From positions 113,398,001 through 113,462,000 of the forward strand of contig OZ024741.1 of NCBI GenBank assembly GCA_964016885.1: a stretch of 64,000 nucleotides of DNA, written 5' to 3'. How positions within the stretch are numbered: the first letter of the stretch is position 1; every line of letters starts with the position of its first letter. A program made the translations under genes and the position numbers. The stretch comes from Eledone cirrhosa. Taxonomy: Eukaryota. The notes under the pieces were generated by a model, which was not told the origin of the DNA, searched no databases, and saw nothing but the letters and a program-made list of their open reading frames with translations. Shown in pieces: positions 42,732 to 55,345 of the stretch.

Positions 42732-43079
42732 CTCTCTCTACACACACATATATATATATAATCATCAGATATTGAGTTAGAAACTCGTAATAGTCTCTTA
42801 CAATTAAATAGCTCCAAGAAAGAATTTTTTCTGAGCCGTGTAATATAATTGAATATACAAGAGAGATAAACACAAATATAAACATACATGTGTTTGAATT
42901 ATAAAGGACCAAGTTCACTAGGGTAAAAAAAAAAAAAATACCAGCCAGGTTTACACGACATTTAACCTGGCTGCTATTTTTAGCAGCGTATGTTTATGAG
43001 ACACGCTAGGTTCCGAAGCCATGTGCTCACACTATTCAGTCTTCTGATATACTTAGAAGTGGAGGGATTACTAATTTTT

Positions 43080-43158
43080 ACACCCATTGAAGAGCAGAAA
43101 ATTGGTGATTTCCTTTGCTAAATCATTTGTGAAACAGCTCCCATAGCTGTCTGGGTGT
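43080..43158 (+). ncRNA. Full-size type-I HHR with C3U core
   Basis: acaccca TTGAAGA gcaga...tttgt GAAA cagct-cccat-agctg TC tgggtgt. Confidence 0.75.
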
Positions 43159-44349
43159 TGCAGGCAGTTAGTTGCCCAATATAGGTTTGTTCTTCTTTTT
43201 CTTGATTTATATGGCAAACCATATTGTTATAGTTAGTATTTTTTTCACCCTAGTGAACTTGGTCCTTTACAATTAGAACACATGTATGTTTACATTTGTG
43301 TTTATCTCTCTTGTATATTCAATTATATAGATAATTGTTTCTACTATTGACACAAGGCCAGCAATTACCCAGTACATTACTGGTACTTTATTTTATCGAC
43401 CCCGTAAGGATGAAAGGCAAAGTTAACCTCGGCGGGTTATATAGATAATCATCATCAGTTGGTGCCCATTTTCCCTGTAATCTATCACATCATTTATCAT
43501 TAGCTTGGCCCTTGAATAATAATTTTATGTATGAATTGTAGTTATGTTATATTCCAAATACAATGATTTCTGATTTAAGTTAGCAACTTTGTGGGAGTGA
43601 AATGTCGATTATATCAACCCAGTACTTCACTGGTACCTTATTCTAACAACTCCAGAAAGATGAAAGAGAAAGTTAACCCCTGTAGGATTTGAACTTAGAA
43701 TGTAAAGAACTGGGACTAAATACAACAAAGCAGTTTGATCAATTCACCACCCTCTTTCACCAGTTTAATAATAACAAAATTTATTATATTACTACAGCCC
43801 TCCAAATTCTTGATTGTTTTCAAAATGATTTGAAAATAATAGGTTGTGTGCTTTGTTAGAAATATAGTAATAGGAGAATTAAAAACTTCAAAAATTGAAT
43901 AAATTGGTTTGCTGAGAGGAAGAGTGATGTTTTCTGATGATTCTCAGTAGATAGATTGGAAGTATTTATTTATTTATTTGCATCAGAAAACACCATACTT
44001 TCTTCAACAATGTGTACTGGCTACATCATTAGACATTTCCTCTTCCTCACAGCAAACTCATTAATTAGACTTTTAAACAGGTTATACTCATTAATTGCTG
44101 ATGCAATGCATCACTTGTTTCTCTAAGGTTTATTTTATTATAATCTTACTCTATCATTCCTTGTGAAGGTGTGCAACCTAGTGGTCAGGATGTTTTGCTT
44201 AGGATTGTACGGCTGTGAGATCAATTACTGGCAGTGTATTGTGTCCTTGAGCAAGACACTTTAATTCCATTGATTCAGTCCATATAGCTGGCAAAAAGTA
44301 GTTGTATCCGTAATTCAAAGGGCCTTTTTACGCACTGTGTCATATGCAG

Positions 44350-46195
44350 GAAAATGTAGAGAGGGGGGTTGTTAAATATAAGTTAAGAAAGGTCCTACAG
44401 GATGCTTTTGATGAGAGAGGGGACAAGCTAGGTTTATATAACATAAAGGAAAACTGAGGAGACTTGTGGCTAAAGTAGAGCACCTGCCAGACTGAGGGTG
44501 ACATGGTGGAAGAACAGCTCCCTAGATAGAGCCATTAAAGCTAAGAGACAGGAATAGAAAGACTGGAAAAATGAGGATAGCAGAGACCAGTACCAAATAG
44601 CTGAGATAGAAGCTAGACGACAGGTATATACAGCTTAAAGAAAGGCTGAATAAAGATAGTTTGCCAACATTCTGAGGCAAGAGGATGAGAGATGCAAAGT
44701 GTCCTGCTTTGCAAGGCAGTGTGTTAGTCTAAAATTGATGTTGTGGGGGAAAATTGAGTTAGAAATGACACCGGTGTAATTAGCACTACTTATGCCCAAA
44801 AGAAAGAGGCCTGGAAATGTTACTATGAGAGACTGATGAATGTAGAGAATAAATGGGAGGAAGAGAAACTACCCCAAATCTACCCAACAGAAAGACCAGC
44901 CATTGAAGTTGACAGCTATAGGGTTCAAGAAGCAATCAAAGAGATGAAAAATGGTAAAGCTGCGAGATCATCTGAGATACTTGCTGAGATGCTAAAAGCA
45001 TTGGGAGAAGCAAGATTTGAAATAGTAATACAGGATGGTGTCAATCCAATGACTGCTGCAGTAGTACAATCATAAATTACTACTAGGGCAAAGGTGATGT
45101 TCTATAAAGAACAGAGAAGCTGTCAGCAAAGTGAGAGTAGGAAGTGAGTTTAGTGAAGAATTCAGGGTACAGGTAGGGTGTATCAGGATTTGGTTCTTAG
45201 CCCACTACTATTCCTTATAATTCTCCAGGTTATAACAGAGGAGTTTAAAACTGGCTGCCAATGAGAACTTTTATATGCAGATGATTTTGTCCATTAAACT
45301 AGAAAATAAGTTCTGCCTCTGGAAACAAAATTTGGAATGAAAAGTAAACTTACCCAAAATCTAAATTGCTAGTGAGTAGAGGAGAAGATAGGACACTGAT
45401 TCCTTCAGGGAAGTGGCCCTGCTCATTATGTAAAGGAATAGGCATAAATCCCATACAGTGTACAAAATGTAAATCTTGGGTAAACAAGAGATGTGGTGAG
45501 ATAATTGGTATACTAACAGAAAGGGGAAAAGCATCAGTAATATAAACCTCTTCAAATAACTGGAATGGTCCATAGAAGGGGTTGGTAGCTTCTGCTATCT
45601 AGGTGACTTAATCATCAGTGCAGGGGGTGCTCTGAGAGCATAATAACTAGAATAAGGATAGGATAGAAGAAATTTAGAGAGCTACTATCACTGTTAACAA
45701 TGAAATATTCTCCCTACATTCAAAAGGACAACTGTATGATGCCTGTGTGCGAAGTGTGATGCTGCATGGTAGTGAAACATGGGCTGTGACTGCAGAGGAC
45801 ATACATAGACTAGAAAGAAATGAAGCAGCCATGCTTCATTGTATGTGCAATGTAAGCATGAGAGAAAGGCAGAACTTGGACAAGATGAGGGGGAAGCTAG
45901 GTTTAAGAGGAATCCAAGGAGGTGTGCAGGAGAGAAGACGACTGCATTGGTATGGAGATGTGATGTGCATGGACAGTAATTGCTGGGTGAAGAAGTGCCA
46001 GGAAATCCCAGTGGAAGGAAGCTGCAGCAAAGGCAGACCAAGAAAGACCTGGACAGAGGTTGTGAGAGCAGACTTCAAATTGTTGAGATTCACAGAGTAG
46101 ATGACAAAGAAACACGACAAGTGGGGAAATACCATGCTGAAAAGGACTCATCTGACCATACAAACGTGGAAAAATGGGCATAAAATGACAATGAT
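44350..46195 (+). mobile_element. Old degenerate RTE LINE
   Basis: ORFs 44836-45075 and 45747-46100; many stops and frameshifts. Confidence 0.85.
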
Positions 46196-46803
46196 ATATA
46201 TTTATATATATATATATATAACATTTTCCTATGTATATGTATATATATATATATATACATAGGAAAATATTTAACCCCGACGGCAGAGCTCAAGCCGTTT
46301 CGACGGCTATTCCTGGACTGTCCAGAAATAGCCATCGAAACGGTTTGAGCTCTGCCGTCGGGTTAAACATTTTCCTATTACCCACTCTACTACCCTAAGT
46401 ATTGAGTACTCTGGTGCGTTATGGTCCATCTAGTTCCTTACCACACTTCCTTCGTTATATATATATACATATATGTTTATGTATATATATGATCATCATA
46501 TGTCTATTTTCTATGCTAGCATGGGTTAGATACGTTGTCACATTTCAGACGAGTCAGGAAAGGTTATCGTGTCTTGCTCATACAGAACTGTTTCTGGGTT
46601 GGTTTCTATGGTTGGATGATCTTCCTAACACCAACCACATTTACAGTGTGGTCCGGGTGCTTTTTGTAATCACACCAAAACAGCAACCTTACAGTTTGGA
46701 CATGGGATTGGGGTGGGTGTGTAAGGTGTGGGAGCAAGAAGGGTGGGGTGTTCAGGATGTGGATGCGGGTGTTAGGGTGCTGGAAGTATATGGAAGGGGT
46801 ATA

Positions 46804-46850
<47 letters not shown>

Positions 46851-46939
46851 GTGTGTATATATATATATAAATGTAAGTATGTATACGTACATACATATAT
46901 GTATACAGATGTACACTAGTATGTATATATACACATACA

Positions 46940-48233
46940 ATGAAATTCCAAACATGGAAGCATGGCCTAGAATCAAAAGGCCTTAAAGTTAACTTGTCTA
47001 AGACTAAAGTTCTAGTTTGTAGGAAGGAAAACAGGGCACCAGTCCCATCTGGGAAATGGCCATGCTCAGTGTGTAGGAAAGGAGTAGGCAGAAACTCCAT
47101 TTTATGTCCCAAATGCAAAGTATGGGTGCATAAAAGATGTAGTGGGATCACAGGTAAGCTAACTAAGAATATAGATTTTATATGTGGCCGGTGCTCTGGT
47201 GCAATAAGTAGCAGCAAGTGCCCACAGAATACTAGCTCATTCCATTGCACAGATGGTACTACAGAAATAGTGGACACCTTCCGTTACCTGGGTGACAAAA
47301 TCAGCAGTGGGGGAGGGTGCTCTGAAAGTACAGTAGCTACAGTCAGAACGGAATGGAAAAAGTTCAGAGAGCTTATACCACTATTGGCCGCTAAAGGGTT
47401 CTCTCTAAAAATGAAAGGCAGGCTGTATGATGCCTGCATACGAACAGCAATGTTACATGGCAGTGAGACCTGGGCATTGTGTGCAGAGGATATACGCAGA
47501 CTGGAGAGAAACGAAGCTTGAATGCTCCGCTGGATGTGTAATAGTAATATACGTGAACGGCAAAGCATAAACGAACTAAGGGAGAAATTAGAAATAAGAG
47601 GGATCAGATGTTGTTTACTCGAGAGAAGACTACGTTGGTACGGTCACGTGATGCGCATGAAAGACGACAGCTGTATAAAAAAGTGCAGGGCGATAAAAAT
47701 AGACGGTAGCCACGGAGTAGGCAGACCCAGAAAAACCTGGGACGACTTGATAAATTCCAACCTCTCCAAGACAATGTCACTGGACTGAGATCTTTGGCGC
47801 TACACAGTCATACAGAAGACCCGCCTTGCCTAAGTACAAAGCGAAACCTACAGTCAGTAGGCACCTCTAACAAAATACCCCCACCACCCCACCCGTCCCA
47901 CTACCCCCACCCCATCCACTACCCCCCTTAAATGTGAAGTTATGTTGGTACCACAACATCCAGTCCGAAACAAATGAGGTTGTGTAGGTGTCACGACAAA
48001 AAAACACACAGTTCACGCTGTAATGTGGCAGTGTAGGTAACACGGTAAAAACCTCCCAGTCCACACTGTAAACGTGGTTGGTGTTAGGAAGGGCATCCAG
48101 CCGTAGAAAACCCGCCAGACAGTCCTATACGAACAGGACAACAAATCTTGCCTCAAGTGGGAAACCTCCTGTCCAAACCCATGCAAGCGTGGAAGATGGA
48201 CGTTAAACGATGATGATGATGATGATGATGATG
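46940..48233 (+). mobile_element. 5'-truncated RTE LINE inserted into a 429-bp repeat unit
   Basis: ORFs 46940-47521 and 47522-47788; flanks 46870-46938 and 48234 onward are contiguous parts of the repeat unit. Confidence 0.9.
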
Positions 48234-48593
48234 ACATGCACACATATATATATGTACGTATGGGTTTACCGAACATTTATTATAATGTTCGGTTTGTTTG
48301 TAAACAAATAGCCCAAATTAAGCCGTACTGTGTTCGGCAACCATCGTCGCCCTTTTCTTCAACACTGACAAAGGAACAATTAACTAGTTTCAAGCTTATT
48401 AGCTATCGTCAACATCGTATACCTTCCTGTCTGATGATTGAACGTTTGAAAGTATATACTTTCCTTATGCATATGAATGGCTGAGCAGCCTAATTTGTAT
48501 ATCGAGTGAGTTAGTCGGCCGGGCGTATCGAAAACGATATGCATAAGGAAAGTATATATTTTCAAATGTTCAATCATCTGACAGGATGGTATA

Positions 48594-48634
48594 CGATGCT
48601 GACGATAGCTAATAAGCTTGAAACTAGTTCATCA
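48594..48634 (+). ncRNA. Minimal type-I HHR (UU site)
   Basis: cgatg CTGACGA tagctaataagctt GAAA ctag TT catca. Confidence 0.75.
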
Positions 48635-49022
48635 TTCCTTTGTCAGTGTTGAACAAAATGGCGACGATGGTTGCCGAACACTGTACGACTTAATTTGGGC
48701 TGTTTGTTTACAAACAAACCGAACATTATAATAAATGTTTGGTAAACCCATACGTACATATATATGTGTGCATGTATGTATATATATATACATACTACTG
48801 TACGTCTGTATGCATATATGTATGTAGGTATACATACTTACATTTAAGTATCAGCCGTACTAAGAGTGAGAAATGAAATTTCATTTCATTCTTTTCCATT
48901 TATCGTTTTCGGTACGCCCGGCCAACTAACTCACTCGATATGCAAATTAGGCTGCTTAGCCATTCATATGCATAAGGAAAGTATATACTTTCAAACGTTC
49001 AATCATCTGACAGGAAGGTATA

Positions 49023-49063
49023 CGATGCTGACGATAGCTAATAAGCTTGAAACTAGTTCATCA
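49023..49063 (+). ncRNA. Minimal type-I HHR (UU site)
   Basis: Identical to 48594-48634. Confidence 0.75.
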
Positions 49064-49479
49064 TTCCTTTGTCAGTGTTGAACAAAAGAGCGACGATGGT
49101 TGCTGAACACTGGTATGTCTTAATTTGGGCTGTTTGTTTACAAACAAACCGAACATTATAATAAATGTTCGTAAACCCATACGTACATATATATATGTGT
49201 GCATATATGTGTATATATACATACTACTGTACGTCTGTATACATATATGTATGTACGTATACATACTTACATTTAAGTATCAGCCGTACTAATAGTGAGA
49301 AATGAAATTTCATTTCACTCTTTTCCATTTATATATATATATATATATAATACTATTTATAGTTATGTATATACTATAAACAACTATAAACAGGAAAGGT
49401 CAGTAATTTCTACTACCTTATTACCAGTAAGAGAAATAGCTCAATGTAAGAACATCAGTTGTTTTACAGAGCAGGAAAA

Positions 49480-49943
49480 TAAAATTAGACAATTATCAAA
49501 GTTGTGTTCAAATCACTTAATAGCTGACACTCGTTTCTTCCAAATTTTCGTTTGAAATCATCGGAGCATTATCAATGTTTGTACATATAATTAACCTCCT
49601 ATTCAACTGAAGAATCATAGAGATACATATATATTGATGTTGTGAGTAACAGTTTCGTATTTATAGGGTGTACTGGACGCGACATATATAAAACGAGAAT
49701 TATACAATAATTCAAATTAAAAACACAGAGTTTTATATATGTCGCATCCAGTACACCCTATAAATACGAAACTGTTGCTCTAACATCAATATATATGTAT
49801 CTCTATGATTTTTCAGTTGAATAGGAGGTTAATTATATGTACAAACATTGATAATGCTCCGATGATTTCAAACGAAAATTTGGAAGAAACGATTGTCAGT
49901 TATTAAGTGATTTGAACACAACTTTGATAATTGTCTAATTTTA
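49480..49943. repeat. Palindrome, ~215-bp arms, 35-nt spacer
   Basis: Direct reading. Confidence 0.95.
49852..49905 (+). ncRNA. Type-I HHR, CCGATGA core; mirror copy at 49518-49571(-)
   Basis: taatgct CCGATGA tttcaaa-cgaaaa-tttggaa GAAA cga(t/g)tg TC ag(t/c)tatta. Confidence 0.65.
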
Positions 49944-50904
49944 TATATATATATATGTAAGCAAAAGGCATATTTAATTTGTTGGTACCCTTGAAATATA
50001 TATAATAGAATAAATATAGTTTTATAAATATAGTTTCCATTTATTTAATATCATTGCGTATTTATATATGTATATATATTATATATATGTATATATATGC
50101 GTATATATATATATGTATGTATGCATGTATACACCTGTATATATATGTATATATATATATATATTATATATTATATATGTGTGTATGCATGTATATACCT
50201 GTATATATATATGTGTATATATATTATATATATGTATATATGCATGTATATACCTGTATATATATATATATATATGTATGTAAACGTACATACATATATG
50301 TATACAGACGTACAGTAGTATGTATATATATATATATATATATACATGCACACATATATATGTGTACGTATGGATTTATTTACAAACACACCGAGCATTA
50401 TAATAAATGTTTGGTATATCCATACGTATATATATATATATGTGTGCATGTATGTATATATATACATACTACTGTACGCCTGTATACATATATGTATGTA
50501 CGTATGACCCCTTAGCCTTTGTCAAGGCAGAATTCTAGGAGAAGGAAAACTCTGATATAACACCTGCAACCCTGATGGTATCCAATGATGTTGACTTGTT
50601 CTTCTTTTTGGTAAATATCATCTTGGTTAAGAGAGTGGGACTGGCTTTGTGCAGTGCCTTTGCTCACTATAAAAGCTTCACGGCACAGGCATTGCTTTAT
50701 ATCTGGAGATCTCTCTGCACTTGTCGTCACATGGTACCATGGGCCCAGCACTATGTGTCAGTAATTGTCACAAGTGTAGTGTTTGTACCAGAGTTTTCAA
50801 GTCGCTGGCTGGACTAAAAAGTCACACTCGTTCAGCGCATCGGTAGGGGTTCTCCTACATGGATATAAAGTAGTGGCCGTACTCGAAAACGAGTTGGCAG
50901 CCAC

Positions 50905-51416
50905 CATGTACGTATACATACTTATATTTAAGTAACAGCCGTACTAAGAGTGAGAAATGAAATTTTGTTTAATTTTTTCCGTTTATCCTTTTCGGTGCGC
51001 CCGGCCGATTAACTCACTCGATATGCAAATTAAGCTGCTCAGCCGTTAATATGCATCAGGAAAGTATATACTTTCAGATGTTCAATCATCTGGCAGGAAG
51101 GTATACGGTGCTGACGATAACTAATAAGCTTGAAACTAGTACATCGTTCTTTTGTCTGTGTTGAACAAAAGGGCAACGATGGTTGCTAGACACTGTACGG
51201 CTTAATTCGGGATGTTTGTTTACAAACAAACCGAGCATTATAATAAATGTTCGGTAAATCCATACATACATGTATATATGTGTGCATGTATGTGTATATA
51301 TATATATACATACTACTGTACATCTGTATACATATATGTATGTACGTATACATACTTATATTTAAGTAACAGCCGTACTAAGAGTGAGAAATGAAATTTT
51401 GTTTCATTTTTTCCGT
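50905..51416 (+). repeat. Same repeat family: ~1.15 units (period ~434); rearranged fragments at 50275-50505
   Basis: GTACTAAGAGTGAGAAATGA occurs at 50941 and ~51375. Confidence 0.9.
51106..51146 (+). ncRNA. Minimal type-I hammerhead ribozyme
   Basis: cggtg CTGACGA taactaataagctt GAAA ctag TA catcg; 5-bp helix I, palindromic helix III loop. Confidence 0.8.
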
Positions 51417-51671
51417 ATATATATATCATCATCATCATCATTTTACGTCCGCTTTTCCCTCTTCGCAAGGGTGGGATGGGTCCTATTCAGCACAGCATCT
51501 CTCCACCTATCACAGTCACTCGTCATCTCCTCCGTGTACTTCAGCGATCTGAGGTCTGCTCTTACCACCTCCGCCCATGTATATACCTGTATATATATGT
51601 ATATAATATTTATATATATATATGTTATATATGTATGTATGCATGTATATACATGTATATATATGTGTATA

Positions 51672-52722
51672 TCATCATCATCATCATCATTGTTTAACGT
51701 CCATCTTCCACGCTAGCATGGGTTAGACAGGTTTGTTCCATTTGATGTGGGAATGGTTGGGAGACCATGTCTCGCACGGAAGCGTCTCGGCCAGGTTTTT
51801 TTACAGCTCGATGACCTTCCTAAAACCAACCATATTTACAGTGTGGACTGGGAGCCTTTTCACCATGTCTTCTACACACCCACATTACAGTGTGGACTGT
51901 TGTGTCATCGACACAGTAGACGGAACAGGAGAATGGTGTACATTGAGTTAAGAGGTGCCTACTGACTGTAGGTTTGTATACAATGGTAGTTGGGTCTTCT
52001 GTACAACTGCATGGTGCCAAAGGTCTTGACCCAGTGTCATTGTCTTAGAGGGGTGTAGTTGGGCAAGGTAATTTTTGTTCACCTTGTCCCAGGTTTTTCT
52101 TGGTCTAATTGCAGTTCCATCAATTTTCATTGTCCTCCACTTTCTTATACAGCTGTTGTCCTTCATATGCATCACATGGCCATACCAACACAATCTCCTC
52201 TCAAGAACACAACATTTGATACCTCTTATGCTTAGTCTCACTCTTAGTTCATTTATGCTTCACCTTTTGCGCACATTACCATTACATATCCATTGCAGCA
52301 TGCAAGCTTCATTTCTTTCTAATCTCCACAGGTCTTCAGCACACAATGCGCATGTCTCACTACCATGTAATATCGCCGTTCGTTTACATGCATCATACAA
52401 TCTGCTTTTCATTTTTAGAGAAAAAACCCTTGTGTATAACAGCGGTATTAGCTCTCTGAACTTTTTCCATCCCGTTCTAACTCTGGCTACTACACTTTCA
52501 GACCACCCTCCTCTACTGCTGATTTTGTCACCCAGGTAATGGAAGGTGTCTACTATTTCTATAGAACCATCTGGGCAGTTGAAGGAGATAGCATCCAGTG
52601 GGTCCTTGCTACTTACTACACCTGAGCATCGGCGATATATTAAATCTACATTCTTAGATCGCTTACCTCTGATCCCACTACATCTTTTATATACCCATAG
52701 TTTGCATTTGGGACAACATAGA
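51672..52722 (-). mobile_element. Degenerate RTE 3' fragment
   Basis: ORFs 52260-52760 and 51948-52241; (CAT)n tail. Confidence 0.85.
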
Positions 52723-52746
52723 ATGTATATATATATATATATATAT

Positions 52747-53062
52747 AATTGAATAAACAAGAGAGATGAACACTAATATAAACATACATGTGTCTGAATC
52801 CTAAGGACTAGGTTTGCTAGGGTGAAAAAAATACTAACTACAGCAATATGGTTTGCCATACTTAATTTAAAGTAGTAAAGGTGTTTTCAGGCAGTTGCCC
52901 AATATAGGTTTGTTATTATTTCTCTTAATTTACTACTTTAAATTAAGTATGGCAAACCATATTGCTGTAGTTAGTATTTTTTCACCCTAGCAAACCTAGT
53001 CCTTACGATTCGGACACATGTATGTTTATATTAGTGTTCATCTCTATTGTTTATTCAATTGT
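52747..53062. repeat. Palindrome, ~130-bp arms, ~49-nt spacer; same family as the 42770-43330 inverted repeat
   Basis: Direct reading. Confidence 0.9.
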
Positions 53063-53133
53063 ATTACGCGGCTCAGAAAAGTTTTTTCTTAGAGCTATTT
53101 AATTGTAAGAGACTACTTTGAGTTTCTAACTCA

Positions 53134-53208
<75 letters not shown>

Positions 53209-53343
53209 GTATGTATGCGTGTATTTACCTGTATATATATATATGTGTATGTGTGTGTTCCAAAGTGATTGTTTTGGTAAAAAACAGGAGCAAGCAGGAC
53301 AAACTCTCAGCAATCATAGTTTGTAGTTACAATGGAGATTTAG

Positions 53344-53655
53344 TATAAAAATAACCAAAATAAAAATGATGATGTTACATAAATTGTTTAATCATTACTA
53401 TTATTTCCACAGTTCTCCCATGCAATCAAAAATCTTTCATGTATTTGTTGTAGTTATGAGAACAGTATCCTCAGATGAAATCCTATTTAGCAGAAGGACA
53501 TGTATCACTAAATAGCATTTCTTCTGAGGATACCGTTCTCATGACAACAACAAATGCATGAAAGATTTCTTGATTGCATGGGAGAACTATGGAAATAATT
53601 AAAACGATTAAACGATTTATGTAACATCAGCATTTTTATTTTTATTATTTTTATA
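53344..53655. repeat. Diverged palindrome, ~147-bp arms, 17-nt spacer
   Basis: Direct reading. Confidence 0.85.
53392..53478 (-). ncRNA. Type-I HHR; degenerate mirror copy at ~53520-53605(+)
   Basis: tcat CTGAGGA tactgttctc...gagaactgtg GAAA taatag TA atga. Confidence 0.6.
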
Positions 53656-53843
53656 TACATATATATATATACACACACACACACACACCTGTATATATAT
53701 ATGTATGTATATGCCTGTATATACACATATATATATATGTATATGCCTGTATATATATATATATATATGTGTATGTGTGTGTGTATGTATATGCATGTAT
53801 ATATGTGTATATATATATATAAAAAAAAACCTAATTAGTATAA

Positions 53844-54620
53844 CACCCATCTCAAAGATCCCTCTGTGCTGATAGGAAATGCATAGTCTGCAAGCTAAAC
53901 CTGCAAACTAACTGCAAAACTAGGAATGTAGTATATAACATAAGATGTACTGCGGGACAGTGTAGGAATAAAAATATAACATTCATTGGTGAAACAGCCC
54001 GTAGCATAATAGAAATTATAAGTGAACACCGACGGGAACTCCAGGATGGAAAAAACTTATCAGTACTGCACCCACATGCCAAAATAGAACATAGAGGTAC
54101 ATTAGAGAACATAGAGATATATCCACACTCAGAAAAGATGCTATGCTCAGACAAATCAGTGAGGCAGCAAACATAATCGAACTCCGACCAAAATAAAACA
54201 GAAAACATGAGTGGAATAGCAACATCACCACTAGTAATTAAGGACAAAATGAAGATACACATAAAAACCAAACTAACAAAACAAATCAGACACACACAGA
54301 TAGAACAAACAACCAACTAATGACAAGTAAATAAACACATAAGTAAATAAATAGAAACACACACACACGGATGCAACGCATGCGCAAACTAAGCACACAA
54401 TACACAAAAACGAGATGGTGTAACACAGAACAAAGGAGAGACACAAAATAAACACCTAGTCACTGAGGAGGTCACAGAATGTGTGACAAAAGAGCTTTGA
54501 CAATATATAAACAACCTTCTGGTTATCGAACCAACCAATCAACTGGAAATTTATAATAAATTGAAGTGAAATCCAACAGGTGCGTGTGTTTTTATTGGCA
54601 GCATGATCCTCCCAAAGTAT

Positions 54621-54628
<8 letters not shown>
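53844..54628 (+). mobile_element. Penelope-like element 3' fragment: Cys linker + GIY-YIG endonuclease (frameshifted) + pseudo-LTR with HHR
   Basis: Manual translation from 53844: [10 protein letters not shown]...NVVYNIRC...FIGETARSIIEIISEH...; after a frameshift near 54120 RQISEAANIIELRPK*NRKHEW; HHR-like motif at 54459. Confidence 0.85.
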
Positions 54629-54652
<24 letters not shown>

Positions 54653-54655
54653 TTC

Positions 54656-55041
54656 ATCATCATCATCATCACTGTTTTACGTCAGTTCTTCCACATGGGT
54701 TAGACGGGTTGTCCTGTTGTGGGCAGTGTCCGGTCGGCTGACCTTGTCTTGCTCATATGGGAACTGATTCTGGCTTGATTTCTACAGCTGGATGCCCTTC
54801 CTAACACCAACCTCATTTACAGTGAGTGCTGGGTGCTTTTTTGCTGTGGCGCCTCCACGACCACTTTGCAGTGGAATGATATGGACCCCAGTCCCTATCA
54901 TCTCATTTCTATAGCTGAGTAAACTGGAGCAATGTGAAATAAAGTATCTTGCTCAAGGAAACAACACATCACCTGGTCCGAGAATTGAACTCACAACCTT
55001 TCGATTGCAAGGCCAATGCTCTAACCACTAAGCCATGTGCC
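54656..55041 (-). mobile_element. SINE family A copy with an alternative LINE-derived tail
   Basis: Same head and body; tail matches 61975-62090. Confidence 0.88.
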
Positions 55042-55211
55042 TGTAAATATGTATATATATGTGTGTGTATGTCTGTATATATGTATGTATGTATATTCCT
55101 GTATATATGTATATATATATAGGCAGTATGCTGGTTGAGCACTCGATGCTCACGCAGAGCAGAGTAAAATAGAGTGTAATTCTCTAGAATCGGGGACAAA
55201 CTCATATACTA

Positions 55212-55281
55212 AACATATCTGACGACCTTTCGATTACAGTTAGGTTTGAGCTGATCGATAGAGAAACATATGTAATATGTT
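55212..55281 (+). ncRNA. Minimal type-I HHR, intact core
   Basis: aacatat CTGACGA cctttcgat...atcgataga GAAA catatg TA atatgtt; perfect 7-bp helix I. Confidence 0.85.
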
Positions 55282-55345
55282 ATTAAATATGGTATGATGC
55301 AACACTGAATACTTGTTCTTTATCATTATAGTATATGTATAAAAA

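Larger units (their letters stand above)
48234..49330 (+). repeat. 429-bp HHR-containing tandem repeat: ~1.8 sense units (48538-49330) head-to-head with an antisense partial unit (48234-48540)
   Basis: CTGACGA at 48599 and 49028 (period 429). Confidence 0.9.

Noticed and set aside
48431-48462. CTGATGA..GAAAgtatatacTT, HHR-like on the + strand
   Set aside because: No helix I pairing, and other copies read CAGATGA; the family's real HHR is on the opposite strand
48234-51416. CRISPR-like array or prokaryotic system
   Set aside because: No repeat-spacer structure or cas genes; the context is eukaryotic
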